From Laetmonice hystrix (lineage: Eukaryota), in contig OZ249436.1 of assembly GCA_965235115.1 (NCBI GenBank), forward strand, positions 53,446,001 through 53,510,000: 64,000 bases of DNA. The letters run 5' to 3'. The translations under genes and the position numbers were made by a program. Under the pieces are notes generated by a model. It did no database searches. It saw only the letters and a list, made by a program, of their open reading frames with translations, and had not been told where the DNA came from. Positions 26,889-39,260 of this stretch are shown here, piece after piece. Within the stretch, counting starts at the first letter, position 1. The number at the start of each line of letters is the position of its first letter.

Positions 26889-27534
26889 TCATGTTAACTT
26901 AAAATAAGTGACCCGCAAATTCGGACACGATGCCCTGCTCTCATTAGCATGGGTTGCTAGTGTAGGGGAGGGCTGTTGAGGCATGTATACTTCTCGGCAA
27001 AGGTCACATAACACTGATAGTAATCAGAATTTAAACTACAAAGGCTTCGAAGGAAATTGCCAAACCATGCTACTAGTGATTTCTCTTTTTTTAGGACTGG
27101 GGGCTTATAATTTGACCTGTCCACCAGGGTATGTACCCCCATGGCAGCAATTTGTCAGAAGTGTGTGGGTTAACTACCGGTAGTTTAACACTGTATGCAA
27201 AGATGATCATGAGGTGCACTTTGAAGATAGCTCAACAGATTTCAGGTAATAGCGGTGAAAACTCAAGCATTTAAATAGGATGTAGAGTATATAAAATATG
27301 TATACACATCTAAAGGAGATCGAACATTTTTGGTAAAGAAAAAGTATTAGGTATAGAAGGCATACCGTAGTTTGTGGAGCATGATTTGGATATCTTTAGA
27401 AATTCTCCACCTTATCTGCTCATCAGCCTGTTATAATGTTACCCATTAAATGGGTTTCCATTTAATGGCCTCCTTCCTTCCTTTCTGGTGTAACAAATGT
27501 TTCCCAGTGGTATGTACGATATTTGTGGTTACAG

Positions 27535-27720
27535 AAGACATGGAAGAAGATGAAATGCCAAAAGAATTACCCATACCAGAGGATGCCCCAGAGAACATAA
27601 AAAAACTTCTCGAAATGGGATTTCCGGGCTGTCCAATTTTCCGCCGCAGGGAACCCCCTACCAAAACGACCCCTCCTGCCAAGCCAAAGGCCAGGGTTAA
27701 GCCTAAAGCTAAGGTGGAGG
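27535..27720 (+). CDS. MXRA7: MXRA7-like, repeat exon E (diverged)
   Basis: cag| ... G|GTAAG, 186 nt, phase 1-1; PIPEDAPENIKKLLEMGFPGCPIFRRR. Confidence 0.8.
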
Positions 27721-29260
27721 GTAAGGGTGAGCGGAGTTCGCTGATCTTTTTCAGTCTCTGAAAATGTGCTTTTGAAAGACTTTTTACACACTTGGTTTGC
27801 TTTTTTCAGTGGTATTTCTGTGCTTATTGGCAACACCCAACACATATGCATTTGCCTTTCCTTCTTCTTGTATATGTATAGGGTAGTCTGTGTATCAATA
27901 TAAATTTTGCAAGGGAACCTGCAGATTTTTTTCCTTTCCTTCATTTTTTTCCTTTCCTTCATTTTTTTCTATCCTTAGTGTAGGCTGTCGTAAGTAAGTA
28001 GGAAACAAAATCTGAAAATGTGTGCATTGTAAGACTGCAAATCGTGGTGTACTGCATTAGTATTTTCTTCTTTCTAGAAACAAAAAAATGTTGTGATCTT
28101 AGGTCATCTGCAGTTCGACTGTTAATTCGACGTCCATTTGTTCAGTGTTTTAGCAATATTTTCTCATTAGATTTTCTTAAATTGTAGATACTATTTTTAA
28201 TGCGTTCAACAACATTCAGTCAAAATATGGGGCCTAATAACTGTGTAAGCATTTCAACAGCTGACTCGAATTTCGATGGATTAGGAGTGAAGGTTGGTAA
28301 ACATAGTCATAACAGACTCTCGAAACTTGAAACATGACCTGCTTTTCTTCGCTTTCCCCTTCTTTCCCACCTTTTTTGTGCACATTGGTCCAGCACACAC
28401 AGTTATTGAATGGTTCACACTTGCTTTAGACATGTTTAATAATCGATCTTGGTGTAAAATATCATTTTTAAAAACTGATAAGTTAATCTAGTTGACCCAC
28501 ACACTTACAAGAAAACACATAAGAAAACGCTAAAGGTGTATTAATATTTAAAACAAAATGGGATGCTCATTATGAAAGAGGTTACGGGATACTAGTAGAT
28601 TCTGACGATCTGTAGAAAGGTGTTGTCACCTGGCACGTTGTCAGATATACATAGATGTATTAATTTTAAAATCTGGTATGTACGTATATATATTGTTTTT
28701 CGTTTTACCACTTCAGTTGTGTAATTTTGATTAAGTAGATTAAGTTAGTTTAGGAATGCACCCTGTGGTCCTAAAGTCCGGGGGTGACAACAAATTGTAC
28801 TGTCTGTCACCAGTGGGGCGGCCCGTCGTTGTTCAGGAAACGAACCCCTCTATGTAGAGGCAAGGGTGGCCTACTGACTTTACCGTCCAATCAAGGAAAC
28901 CTAGTATAAGCAAGTGCCACTTGTATTTTGTATTTGTATTTTACAACTGCTCTTTACTTTATCCGAAAGCAGTTCATTGAAATAGATTTAAAAATCATGG
29001 AGAAAATAATTCTGGTTTGAACTACATTCGTAGTGACTTTTAAAAAGGTATAAGTATGTCTCCTGCCACTGCCTGGATACACCTAGGCAACTGAATATAC
29101 TTCAAAAAGATGATCCCGTGGAATAAAGGCCCAAAGTGCTGGTGACAAATTGTCAATGAACCAGACGCGAGTCCAGTATGCAGCTTGTGTACGAATTTGG
29201 CATATTTATGTGGGTTAGAAACCTTGAAATTGAATAATAATTGTGATTGTTTGATCACAG

Positions 29261-29343
29261 ATGGCAAAGGAGATGCTATTTCGACCGTGGCACAAGACAC
29301 CAAGACGGAGCGTGATCCAGTGGAGTTCTGCAGCCATCTGCAG
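29261..29343 (+). CDS. MXRA7: MXRA7-like, penultimate exon
   Basis: cag| (D)GKGDAISTVAQDTKTERDPVEFCSHLQ |GTTAGT; supplies the phase 1-to-0 switch needed to reach the last exon. Confidence 0.75.
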
Positions 29344-29757
29344 GTTAGTAAGAAAACTAAGTTTGACGTCCATAATGGACAGTCCGCTTGTTCAGGAAGG
29401 TAGCAACGATTTCACGCGTATGCCACCTGGTGAGGAAGTAGGGCGTTACATGCGTTTGCCGCCCTAACATAGGAGCCGTTTCAGTAGAATTGACCATGTA
29501 GTTGTGTGTGTTTTGGAGATTACATATTGCAGCAATGACAATAAAATCGATAAACGACATAAACGTTTGTTCGATCTCAGTTTTACTCTTAACAATATCT
29601 TAGTAACATGTATAATATTTTTAATCCTGACAGTTGTATGTAGGGAAACCCTTGGAATTTTTGTGTTTTCCGTAGCCAGATAACATGTATATCGTCCTGT
29701 TCTATTTCGCATTAAGGTCAGAAATGGATGAAACCCCATTCCGTTCTTTCTTTATAG

Positions 29758-29955
29758 AGTGAGGTGAAACGAACAAAACAAAAACTTGCGATGTCAAAGG
29801 TAGAAGAGGAAATGTCGGAAGATCAAAAGAAGAAAGAAGCAGAAGTTCGGAAGGATCAACTGGCGGCCATCTACCAGATGATGCAGGCCCAGGAGGACAA
29901 GTTTGGCGTGGAATCCATGGACGACATAAAGTCACAGATGAAGCTCTACATGTAA
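29758..29955 (+). CDS. MXRA7: MXRA7-like, last exon with the conserved C-terminal helical domain
   Basis: KVEEEMSEDQKKKEAEVRKDQLAAIYQMMQAQEDKFGVESMDDIKSQMKLYM*, recognised as the MXRA7 C-terminus (QLAAIF..M....E.FG......Q..LY pattern). Confidence 0.85.
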   Translation, partial: SEVKRTKQKLAMSKVEEEMSEDQKKKEAEVRKDQLAAIYQMMQAQEDKFGVESMDDIKSQMKLYM

Positions 29956-30282
29956 ATGGCAACAGATAAATAGTAGATACTGTTGTTCACAGCTGCACTC
30001 GAACTGCACCCCATAAAGTCAAAACCAGCACCGTACAGTAGATATTGTATTGTTATGATCCATGTGACGTTGTATAGTAACAAGAGATAATCTTACAAAG
30101 GTGTCCCGACACTGCGTTCAATTGAGCAAAGGAACTTTGCTTGAAAAAATATATTTTATGATGGGGTGATAAAAGACTAGTAATCTTCACTAGTAAAATG
30201 TTTTTGTGATATAATTTTGTATTTTACATTTTCTTTAATTCACGCTAAGAAAAAGACCATTATGTATCATGTCAGATTCACA

Positions 30283-30617
30283 GGTTGCAAGGACCAAGTT
30301 GGTGATGTTTTACAGGGGTTGGCAGAATTGCATTTTAACATAGTTGATGGGTTGCAAGGACCAAGTTGGTGATGTTTTACAGGGGTTGGCAGAATTGCAT
30401 TTTAACATAGTTGATGGGTTGCAAGGACCAAGTTGGTCATGTTTTACAGGGGTTGGCAGAATTGCATTGTAACATAGTTGATGGGTTGCAAGGACCAAGT
30501 TGGTGATGTTTTACAGGGGTTGGCAGAATTGCATTGTAACATAGTTGATGGGTTGCAAGGACCAAGTTGGTGATGTTTTACAGGGGTTGGCAGAATTGCA
30601 TTTTAACATAGTTGATG
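30283..30617. repeat. 67-bp minisatellite, 5 copies
   Basis: Unit GGTTGCAAGGACCAAGTTGGTGATGTTTTACAGGGG...ATAGTTGATG starting at 30283, 30350, 30417, 30484 and 30551. Confidence 0.95.
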
Positions 30618-32594
30618 GATGCTAGTCCTTTCATTTTACGTCCATGTGGATGAAATCATTGAATGTAGTTTATGTTTAGGTAGTTCATGTTCGTTATTTG
30701 TCAAATTGGTGTTGTACATGTGTAGTTGTATGGAACCTGTGTTTCCCGATGTTCATGTGAGGTATTGTGTAGTACATTCGTGTATGGAGGCGTACTGTGA
30801 TCGATAGTTCATATCAAACAGTTTTCATCATTAGAATCTTTCCATGATTATAAAAACGAGTACTTAGTTTCTTTCACCTTTATTTTTCAGTCCCGAACGA
30901 TTCACCTCTGCACTAGCTAACTTCTGTGTTATTTGGTAAAGGAGTAATCGGATAAATAAGCAAAAGAATAGTTTGTTATCTGTAACGATGGAATAGTTTA
31001 TCTGTAACAGTGATACTTTTCTTTGTTAGATAAGGAAAAAAAGATGCCAAGAACGACTTTGAAGCGTGGGCATCCTCCGTGTGAAGAAGTAACTGGAACG
31101 TCGGAGGAGGAAAAATTCCAGTGTATTCCATAGGATCGTCCACTCATGTTTGAATTGGGTATCTGGATTGTTAACTTAAAGTGCAATTTGGTGTATCTCA
31201 ATCAACGGGTACTGCGGTACTGTGGGACGTTCTCACATGCCTTATAAACTTTGGACAATTCGGTGTTAGAATTATCACAGGAATCTCATTATAATCACAG
31301 TAGCTTAAGCACGCTTTCCATTAACATGTGGATAAGCTTTACTTCTGTACAATTTAGTGGTACAGTATAAAAAGTAGTCCCTGATCTAAACAATAATAAT
31401 CAATAGCTCGATGTGCGCTGTACTGAAAGAACACACTAAAACCTCGCCAAAAGTTTCACTTAATCTGGGAATCGGTCGGCATCATGAAAAAAAGGTATTC
31501 CGGCCGCTTCCCTCCATGCACCCACATACCAGACTTATTGAGTTAGTAGAAGAGAAAAGGTGATTATCCGTCCAGATCTGTGGTGTCCCGTATTAAATGT
31601 GCGTTCATATGGAGGTTACCAACCGTAGGGTTATTGATAACGTTTTTGTATCAATATTTGGAACTTGCACTCAATGTAAGGGAATAGATGTGAAAATATT
31701 TATGGATTCGGTGTACTGTCAAGTGTAGTGATTGGCATTCCTGTGTTGGAAATCATGACAGTTATCGGAAGTTTTGAGGAGATAGAACTCATGTTATAGT
31801 TGTGCTACAAAAGGTACTAAGGTAGATGACATTCGTAAGTTTGTAACATATACCAAGTTCCAGTCATGATAAAGAAATTATATCATTAAATGTTTCGGGG
31901 TAAGTGGTCTTTTAACACAGGAAACCTTACGGATAGTTTACCAGTTACACGGAGAAAACATAAACCAACTTTACGAATAGTTTAGACGTTATAAATGTGC
32001 ATTGTGAATTTCACAAGATGAGCTAGTAAAGGATGATGTTCCCTGTTCTAAGGATTAGTAGTAAATGTGGGTACTGCCATAAGAATCGTTCGTGGGATTA
32101 TAGGAGGAAACCAACGCCAAAACAATTGACGTGCCACATGTGTTAGTAGTTTGTTGGTTATATCATGTTATTGTATGTTGTTGACAGAGTTGTAGTTCGT
32201 ATTTATTTATTAAAAAAGAACTCTTTACAATGGGATGTTTTCTTATAACTGAACTATTATAGTCTGTCAGAAAGAATTGTCATCGACAGATGTAGGCATA
32301 TTTGTAGGGCTCCGTCGACCCACCCTCCCCTGAACATTCAGCTTTTGTGACAAATGGGTGGCCAGGTCTTCACTTCATCCAGATCACAGAATAGGTAGAT
32401 ATGTAGTGTCCAGATGACCTTAACTTTTTCAGAGCCATCAAGCAAAGTATAGGTCTTGTTGGTATCGAAATTACAAAGAATATAGCTATTCCATATACTA
32501 CTACAAAATACTTCCCCCCTTTGGGAGGTCCTACTGGATATCAGTAATGATTCAGAAAGAGCATAAGAAGCGCTTCTATCCGGAAGAGTGTGAG

Positions 32595-33571
32595 CTACGT
32601 GGATTCATATGAGAGAAACTTCAGGATAGCATTTGGAGCAGGTAATTTCTGTATACGGTCTTGGGGCCAAAACCCTAGCTCGTCGCGAATAGCTCGTCTA
32701 CACAAGGCCATAAGTGGCTGCGGCGTTTCCAATGCAGTGTGCAACCACGTCATGACCGCCTCATTTGAAAGCAGCTCCTCAGATATTTCAGCATTCTTGT
32801 CCCAGAATTGACGTAAACCTGAACTGCCACCGGCCATCAAGAGGAGGTCCGCAATGTCCAATCTGGCAAAGTGTATGGCCGCCTCGAGAGGAGTACACCA
32901 AACATAACGACTTCCGACTGTACATCTTCCCAAGACGTTTGCATTAAAGTTTGCGGCAATCATCAGACGAAGGCCTTCCAAGTCTCCTCGGATGACTGCT
33001 TCCATTAGTGGAGTATTGTTATTTGAATCCATGATATCAAGAGCACCTTTAATGATGAGCTGTTTAGCTGTTGAGTGAAGGCCATTTTTGATCGCATGGT
33101 GCAGTGCCGTCCGATTTGACCGGTCCTGATTATTGATGTCTGCCCCCATATCAATTAACACGATGGCGACCTCGGCATGACCAAACATAGTTGCCAGTAA
33201 GAGAGGGGTGTATTGCCACATATTGACATCGTTGAGCTCCTGTCCCTCGGTCATAACTAACTGTATCACACAGCCTCGATGACCATGTTTGGCAGCAAAG
33301 TGCAGCGCGGTGTTCCCTTCGCCGTTTCTTACGTGTATATTGGCCCTGCTTGAAAGTAGAATATTCATAATTAAGTCATTGCCCTTCAAAGCACACAGCA
33401 TGATTGGCGTATCGCCCTTGTCGTCCTGGATGTCTAGCTTACAACTACTCCTTATCAGCAGCATGACGACTGCAGGGGCATTCTCCCAGACGGCGAGATG
33501 AAGAGGCGTCCGACCGTGATGGTTCGGTACGTCGACGTCGCAACCCGTGGCGAGCAGAAGTCTCAACACTC
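32595..33571 (-). CDS. Ankyrin repeat and SOCS box (ASB-type) protein, last exon
   Basis: Successive TPLH/TALH ankyrin repeats and a C-terminal SOCS box PQPLMALCRRAIRDELG...IQKLPAPNAILKFL; acceptor cag| at 33572, phase 1. Confidence 0.92.
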
Positions 33572-33599
33572 CTGTCCAACAACGATAAATAAACAGTTA

Positions 33600-34703
33600 G
33601 GGGCAGACCATTTAATAGCTGGGGGGAGGGTATGGTTTTTCTTTCTGACCAAACTTTTTTTTTTACTTTCAACAAAAAACAAACTTTTTTTTTTCTCCCT
33701 GATCAAAAGCAAACAATTTTTTTTCCCGAGGTGGCAGAGACAAACTTTTTTTTTCCGGGACATAATTCTGCAGCAACCATTAGAGAAATCTATGTTACCC
33801 CGTAAATTCCTGTTCCACAGACATAGGCGCCGGAAGATATTCACAGGTTGGCGGGGGGGGGGGGAGACCAAATCATAGGTTCCAAGTACCAAGTTTTGAA
33901 ATGCTGGTGATAAGAACGTCGAAGGCGGGAAGCCTCGAGCGGGGGGGGGGGTCTGGGGGCCCTCCCCCCGAAAAATTTGAAAATTAATGTGCCAAATGCA
34001 TGTTTTCCTGGCATATGGGAACAAAATCTAGGCCCGCTGACGGTCTGACCATCTCCTGCCACCTTGGAGCTGGGGGGGGGGGGAAACTATATGCTTCCCC
34101 CCCCCCAGCCAGGCAACAGGCGCCCCCTGCCCCCCGTTTCTGGCGCCTATGACAGAGGTTGAAGAAAATCTACAGTTCCTAGAGATAACGGCTCTAACAC
34201 AGTCTTAGGAATGTATGATTGTATTGTACTCAGCTTTGAACCATGCAGTACTTTTGTAATAGACTATGAAACAAATTGGAAGTTCTAATTGTCTTCACAT
34301 ATTTGTGGGCTTTCAAATGTCTTGTAGTGCAAGCGAATGTCTACATAAACCATACAAGTTATACATACTAGTATTCAAGTGCATGTCATATTGATATGTT
34401 TTACTACATGTACATGTACTCTGTACATGTATTGTACAGAGTATGCCTAACTAGCACTGTTGACCGAGCGGAGCGAGGAGAATTTTTGGTCTTCTTTTAT
34501 TTTTTTAGCAATTTCGGGCAGATTTTTTTTTATAAATCTGCTGCCTGTCAACAATCTATTTTTTTTCACTCACATTGCTAAACAAATGATTTTTTTCACA
34601 CACATTTGGGAGCAAACTATTTTTTTGGGTCAATTTGGCAAACAAACTTTTTTTTTACGAAAAAACCATACCCCCCCCCCCCAGCTATTAAATGGTCTGC
34701 CCC
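33600..34703. mobile_element. PIF/Harbinger-like non-autonomous element with TTA TSD, containing a nested G-run MITE
   Basis: TTA|GGGGCAGACCATTTAATAGCTGGGGGG ... CCCCCCAGCTATTAAATGGTCTGCCCC|TTA. Confidence 0.85.
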
Positions 34704-35480
34704 TTAGGGGTTTGTATAGCGGGGTTTTGTGTGTTCTTTTTTTACCTCCTACATTTTAAAGTGAAAGCAGGATAGGTGCACGCACTTTGAGAATCACAAA
34801 CTGGTTCTGTCCAACCCGAACGATATCATTTGAACTTATTTAACAAGGAACTGGCCTGATACCCGGCGAATGACTCGTAATAACGATTATTTCTGGATGG
34901 CAAGTTGGGACTCCTTTGCCTCGCGAATTACGGCGGCTCGCCGAAAGTCCCACTGTTTACCCCCCCCCCGGACCACAGCACAGGGGGGGGAGATTTCCCA
35001 ACCGGTGCTTGTAATGTAAACAGACATTCGTCCGCATTAGGCTATTTGCTGCAACGGTTGAACAGGCAACATGCCAAGCACAGGGCACAACTTCAGCTTA
35101 AAACAACGCAGGAAACGTGAACGAGATATTAGTAGGCCTAGATCTCAGCGTGGAATTTTCATCTGTGATGCATTGGAGCGCTGGGCACATAATTTACCGG
35201 AGTTGTTCGAGTTGCAACCCAATGATAATGGCAATGTCAATGCCGGGCTTGCTGAGATCCTTCTAATAGGCAGGTGAGACCGTGGACGTTTGGTCTGTAC
35301 ATGGATAATTTCCGATTTGAACATGGCATCAGGATGAACAATTTAGTCAGTACAGTATAGGCCTAGTATTAAGAAGGGTCGTCATATTGTCGGTTACAGC
35401 TATGAAAAGTTAAGTATCGGCTGAGGACTTCAACTGACAGGTGCGCGTCATGCACGTGACACCAGGGAATTCCCCCGGCC

Positions 35481-35802
35481 GCGAATTTTTTTTCCCACAT
35501 TAGTTCCGGACCCCATTCTAGCTACAGCCAATCAGTGAACGCCAGACTCTATCGCTCGCGATATGGGACCGAACAGTGTCAGTGAATGTTTCTTATTGAC
35601 ACCCACATTAAGATCCAATTTAACAATAATTTTGGGCTATGAAAACTAACACTAACCCTAGGCCTAACCTTTACCCTAACCCAAACACACTGCCTCGCAT
35701 CTCGCATGTCGTCGCCGGTATTCCATAGCCATATGTGTGCCTGTTTCTGATTGGCTGTATGATAATGGGGGGTCCAGAACTAATGTGGGAAAAAAATTTC
35801 GC
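35481..35802. mobile_element. MITE with 8-bp TSD and central telomere-like CCCTAA words
   Basis: CCCCGGCC|GCGAATTTTTTTTCCCACATTAGTTC ... GAACTAATGTGGGAAAAAAATTTCGC|CCCCGGCC. Confidence 0.8.
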
Positions 35803-36174
35803 CCCCGGCCGTTCCTCGTCCCAGTTCAAATGGCGTCTCAATGCGTAAGAACGGATTTACTGTGCACGACTGACGAATTCATGTTAATATGTCCAGATTA
35901 TCGTTCCTTTCTCAACTAAAAGGCAGGTATGACCTATGATAGCGTTTCTGGTTGATGTTCAAAGCGTTTGGGGGAAATATAGGAAAATTGTCAACATTGG
36001 ATGTAGGCCTACGTAATAGTCTTTGAAGGCAACTGGAAAAATATTCAAAACTTAAAACACAATTGTATCATACATAGACCCTACCCATAGATATTTTATA
36101 AGTATTCCCCAATACTTTCTATCAATATTCAATAGTATCGAATATTGGGGAAAAAGAACAATGACAACGCTTAC

Positions 36175-36445
36175 TTATATGGTTACAACTGGCGGCCAGT
36201 AGAAGCGGTGTGTCTCCGTCCACATCCTCACACTCAGGGTCCGCCCCATGGGACAGGAGTAGGGACACACACTCTGCATAACCAAGGTTGGCTGCCCGGA
36301 GCAATGCGTCGTTTAAATCCTCCTGACTGATCTCTCCAAACTCTCCATCCAAAGACCGTCCGAGGAGAGGAACGTCGCAGTGGCCTGCCGCTTGGATGAT
36401 GGTCCTGGGGTTCAAAGTGTTTGATTCTTGATTTAAGTTTTCCCA
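36175..36445 (-). CDS. ASB-type protein, upstream coding exon (start codon not located)
   Basis: tag|WENLNQ...ALLRAANLGYAECVSLLLSHGADPECEDVDGDTPLLLAASCNHI A|GTAAG; splices in frame to 33571 (NHIRVLRLLL). Confidence 0.85.
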
Positions 36446-37201
36446 CTATGTTTTACATAAACACAGGGGGGCCAGGGCGCCCCCTCCCCCTCAAATGTTT
36501 CCTTTTCCCCCTTTTTATGAAGATGCATTGTTCGGACCCTGAAACCAGGATTCCAACAAAATTCTTTTTTCAAAAAGCCTCCTATATTGTACGTGATAGT
36601 ATCATCGGGCCCAAAAGGGCCTCCTCGGTCGTCACGCAGCAAAATAACTCTGGGCCATGCAGCATTGAAATAGAACAAAAGGGGCCCAAAATGCCTACAA
36701 TAAAATCATGCCCAGCGTAGCGAGGCCAACATTTTTTTAGATGCCCCCCCCCCCCCTTATCAACATCCTGGATCCCCCACTGATAAAAGGTCAATATGAC
36801 CACAACCTGTTGTTAGCTTGTCATGTCGTTAAAACCAATAACGACCAACGACATGTTAACGATGGCTGTGACACACACACCCTGCGATTATTAGGGGGCA
36901 AGATGGCCTCATCCGATTTTACTAAAAGAAGTTACATATCAGATTAGACAGGAAATGTTGGCTATGGTATTGCTGGAATATATATTATCTATTATATTAT
37001 AATCAAGACATTGGCCGTTAATATCTATCAGGTCTACTTACCTATTCATGAACACGGTTAATCCTGTCTTTTTCTTGAACAAAATATGGATCCAGCATAC
37101 GTCTGAAATTAAATATTCGCCCATGGAGGAAAATGGGCAACTAATAGGCCAGCAACAAATATTGGTTAAAAAATTGATTTTATGCTTGAAGTTTAATAAC
37201 T

Positions 37202-37909
37202 CGCTGCCTTTCTGGCGAACCGTCGAATATGGGGGTTTTGGCGAAATTGAGTTTTTAGTAGATTCTTAATAATTTTGAAGAAATCTGTAATCCCTGAAAA
37301 TTTCATTACCCTCCGGGCGAGACTTAGCGAGATATTAACGTCGGGTTCTTTGGCGAATATGAATTGTCTTTGATTTACTTTTCGGTGAACCGTCGAATAT
37401 TCATATTCGACGGTTCTCCCGGAAATTATTTGTACGTACTTGATAATTTTTTACGGCGAACCGTCGAATATAGAAATTATGCCCAAATAAGGTAATGATA
37501 TGATCAGTGATCACGTATGGTTTCCATAGCAACACGTCGAATATTCACGGGCGAGATAAAAGTTTTCCGGCGAACCGTCGAATATGTGTCGAATATTCAC
37601 GGGCGAGATAAAAGTTTTCCGGCGAACCGTCGAATATGCGTCGAATATGACATTGAAGTCACGTAGAACTTTTTCGGGACCCGTCGAATATGGCATGGCT
37701 ATTTTTAGCCTTCATTATTTTGCCGGAAATTACTGTTAGCGTCAAATGGATTCCAAAGTATGCCGTATCGTATCGTATATTAGCGATTCCCATAAAAATA
37801 ACGAAAGAAATAATGTTAGATTGATTTTGAGGATGTTTGAGAAAAGTGCAAAACTTCAAGTGCGTTTTTCTCAGTTCCGTCTATTCGACGGTTCGCCAGA
37901 AAGGCGGCG
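37202..37909. mobile_element. Non-autonomous DNA transposon with 4-bp TSD and many internal GGCGAACCGTCGAATAT repeats
   Basis: AACT|CGCTGCCTTTCTGGCGAACCGTCGAATA ... TATTCGACGGTTCGCCAGAAAGGCGGCG|AACT. Confidence 0.8.
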
Positions 37910-38890
37910 AACTACTTAGAAAATAGAGTTTAATCGAAAACATTCAAGAGGCGTCCAAGGTGATGGGCACTATTTAGGCCTAACGAGAATTTCAATAACG
38001 TATGAGTTTCCCTTCCTCTTTCAGTTATAGGCCCTAGGCCTAGATACCGGTCATCTGAGATGTTTACTTACTGCAGACCTAGCTCAGCAACGCAGTCAGC
38101 AACGGTTATCAACAAATCTTTCCCCAGAATGCCCCCCCCCCCCCCCCTAAAAAACAACAACAAAAACCCCTGGCTTCAGTCCATATAGGCCTATACTCTC
38201 GATCACATACCCTTTTCCTCGTTAGAGGTCGCTAGTTGGTCTGGACGCAAACGCCTATCTAGGTTACACAAAGACGGGGACTGTGAGAGAAAGCGATCAT
38301 GGGCGCTGACTGGACGAGCGCGGCATTGTGACCTAGAAACCTCGACATTACTCTGGTCCCCTGCTCTAAATGCCGGCTCTGCGAAACGAGAGAGTCGGGG
38401 GACCCGCCTAGGACATCTGGTGGTATCAGCCCGCAGATGAGGCCTATATTTGCGTCCAGTCCGTATATCCAGCTGGCGGAGTGGTCGAGTCTAAGCCCAT
38501 ATTGGACGAATATCGGTGGTTTCATATCCTTTCAAAGTGCATCGATTCTATTGACTCTTTGCAACATCATTTTCCTTAGTTCTGCCAAATAAATGCGTCG
38601 TAATTTGGCGGGCCGAGTGGATGGGACGGATCCCACCAATTAGGCCTATTATCCTTTCAAAGGACAAGCTTTATGGATAGGCCTATGGTGGATATTTAAC
38701 CTTAGGCTCTAAAAAGGTCAAAGCTAAGCCAACAAAATATTTTTTGCGCATTTCCTTCAATTTTCCTTTGTATTGACCACGTTGTTCACCACACGTGGTA
38801 GATCTATATAGAATCTAACCGAAAATCAAGGAGACCATTTAGCAGAATGGGTGTTTTTTTCATTCCTTTATTTGTACTGGGAAGTTTTCG

Positions 38891-39260
38891 CAGGGTTCCC
38901 AGCCTTTTGTGAACATCATATTCCCTGAGAAATTTCCAAAACTCCATGAGAAATATTTTGTGTTTTATGGGTAGCATAACCGACTATAATGGTCTGGAGA
39001 AGTGTATTCTTCGCACACCATGAACACTAAAAAGCCACGAAACAAATTAGTCAATCGATATAACTTCTGACACACTAAAGAGGAGCCCGCCAAATTGAAT
39101 TAAGTGATGAATACCTTTCCTATCTGGGTCACTGTCAAATTCCCAGAGCTTTCCCTGATTATATATGTTTCCCCCCCAATTCCCTGAGTTTTCCCTGACT
39201 GAAAAAATGGAACGCCAATTTTAAGGTTTCCCCCGATTTCCAGAGTCGTTGGGAACCCTG
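38891..39260. mobile_element. CAG-ended MITE with 5-bp TSD (hAT-like)
   Basis: TTTCG|CAGGGTTCCCA ... TGGGAACCCTG|TTTCG. Confidence 0.8.

Noticed and set aside
30283..30617. CRISPR-like array
   Set aside because: Units are contiguous with no unique spacers, no cas genes are present, and the context is eukaryotic.
37202..37909. Interspersed GGCGAACCGTCGAATAT repeats as a CRISPR or regulatory array
   Set aside because: Irregular spacing, both orientations, and enclosed by TIRs and a TSD; best read as transposase-binding subrepeats.
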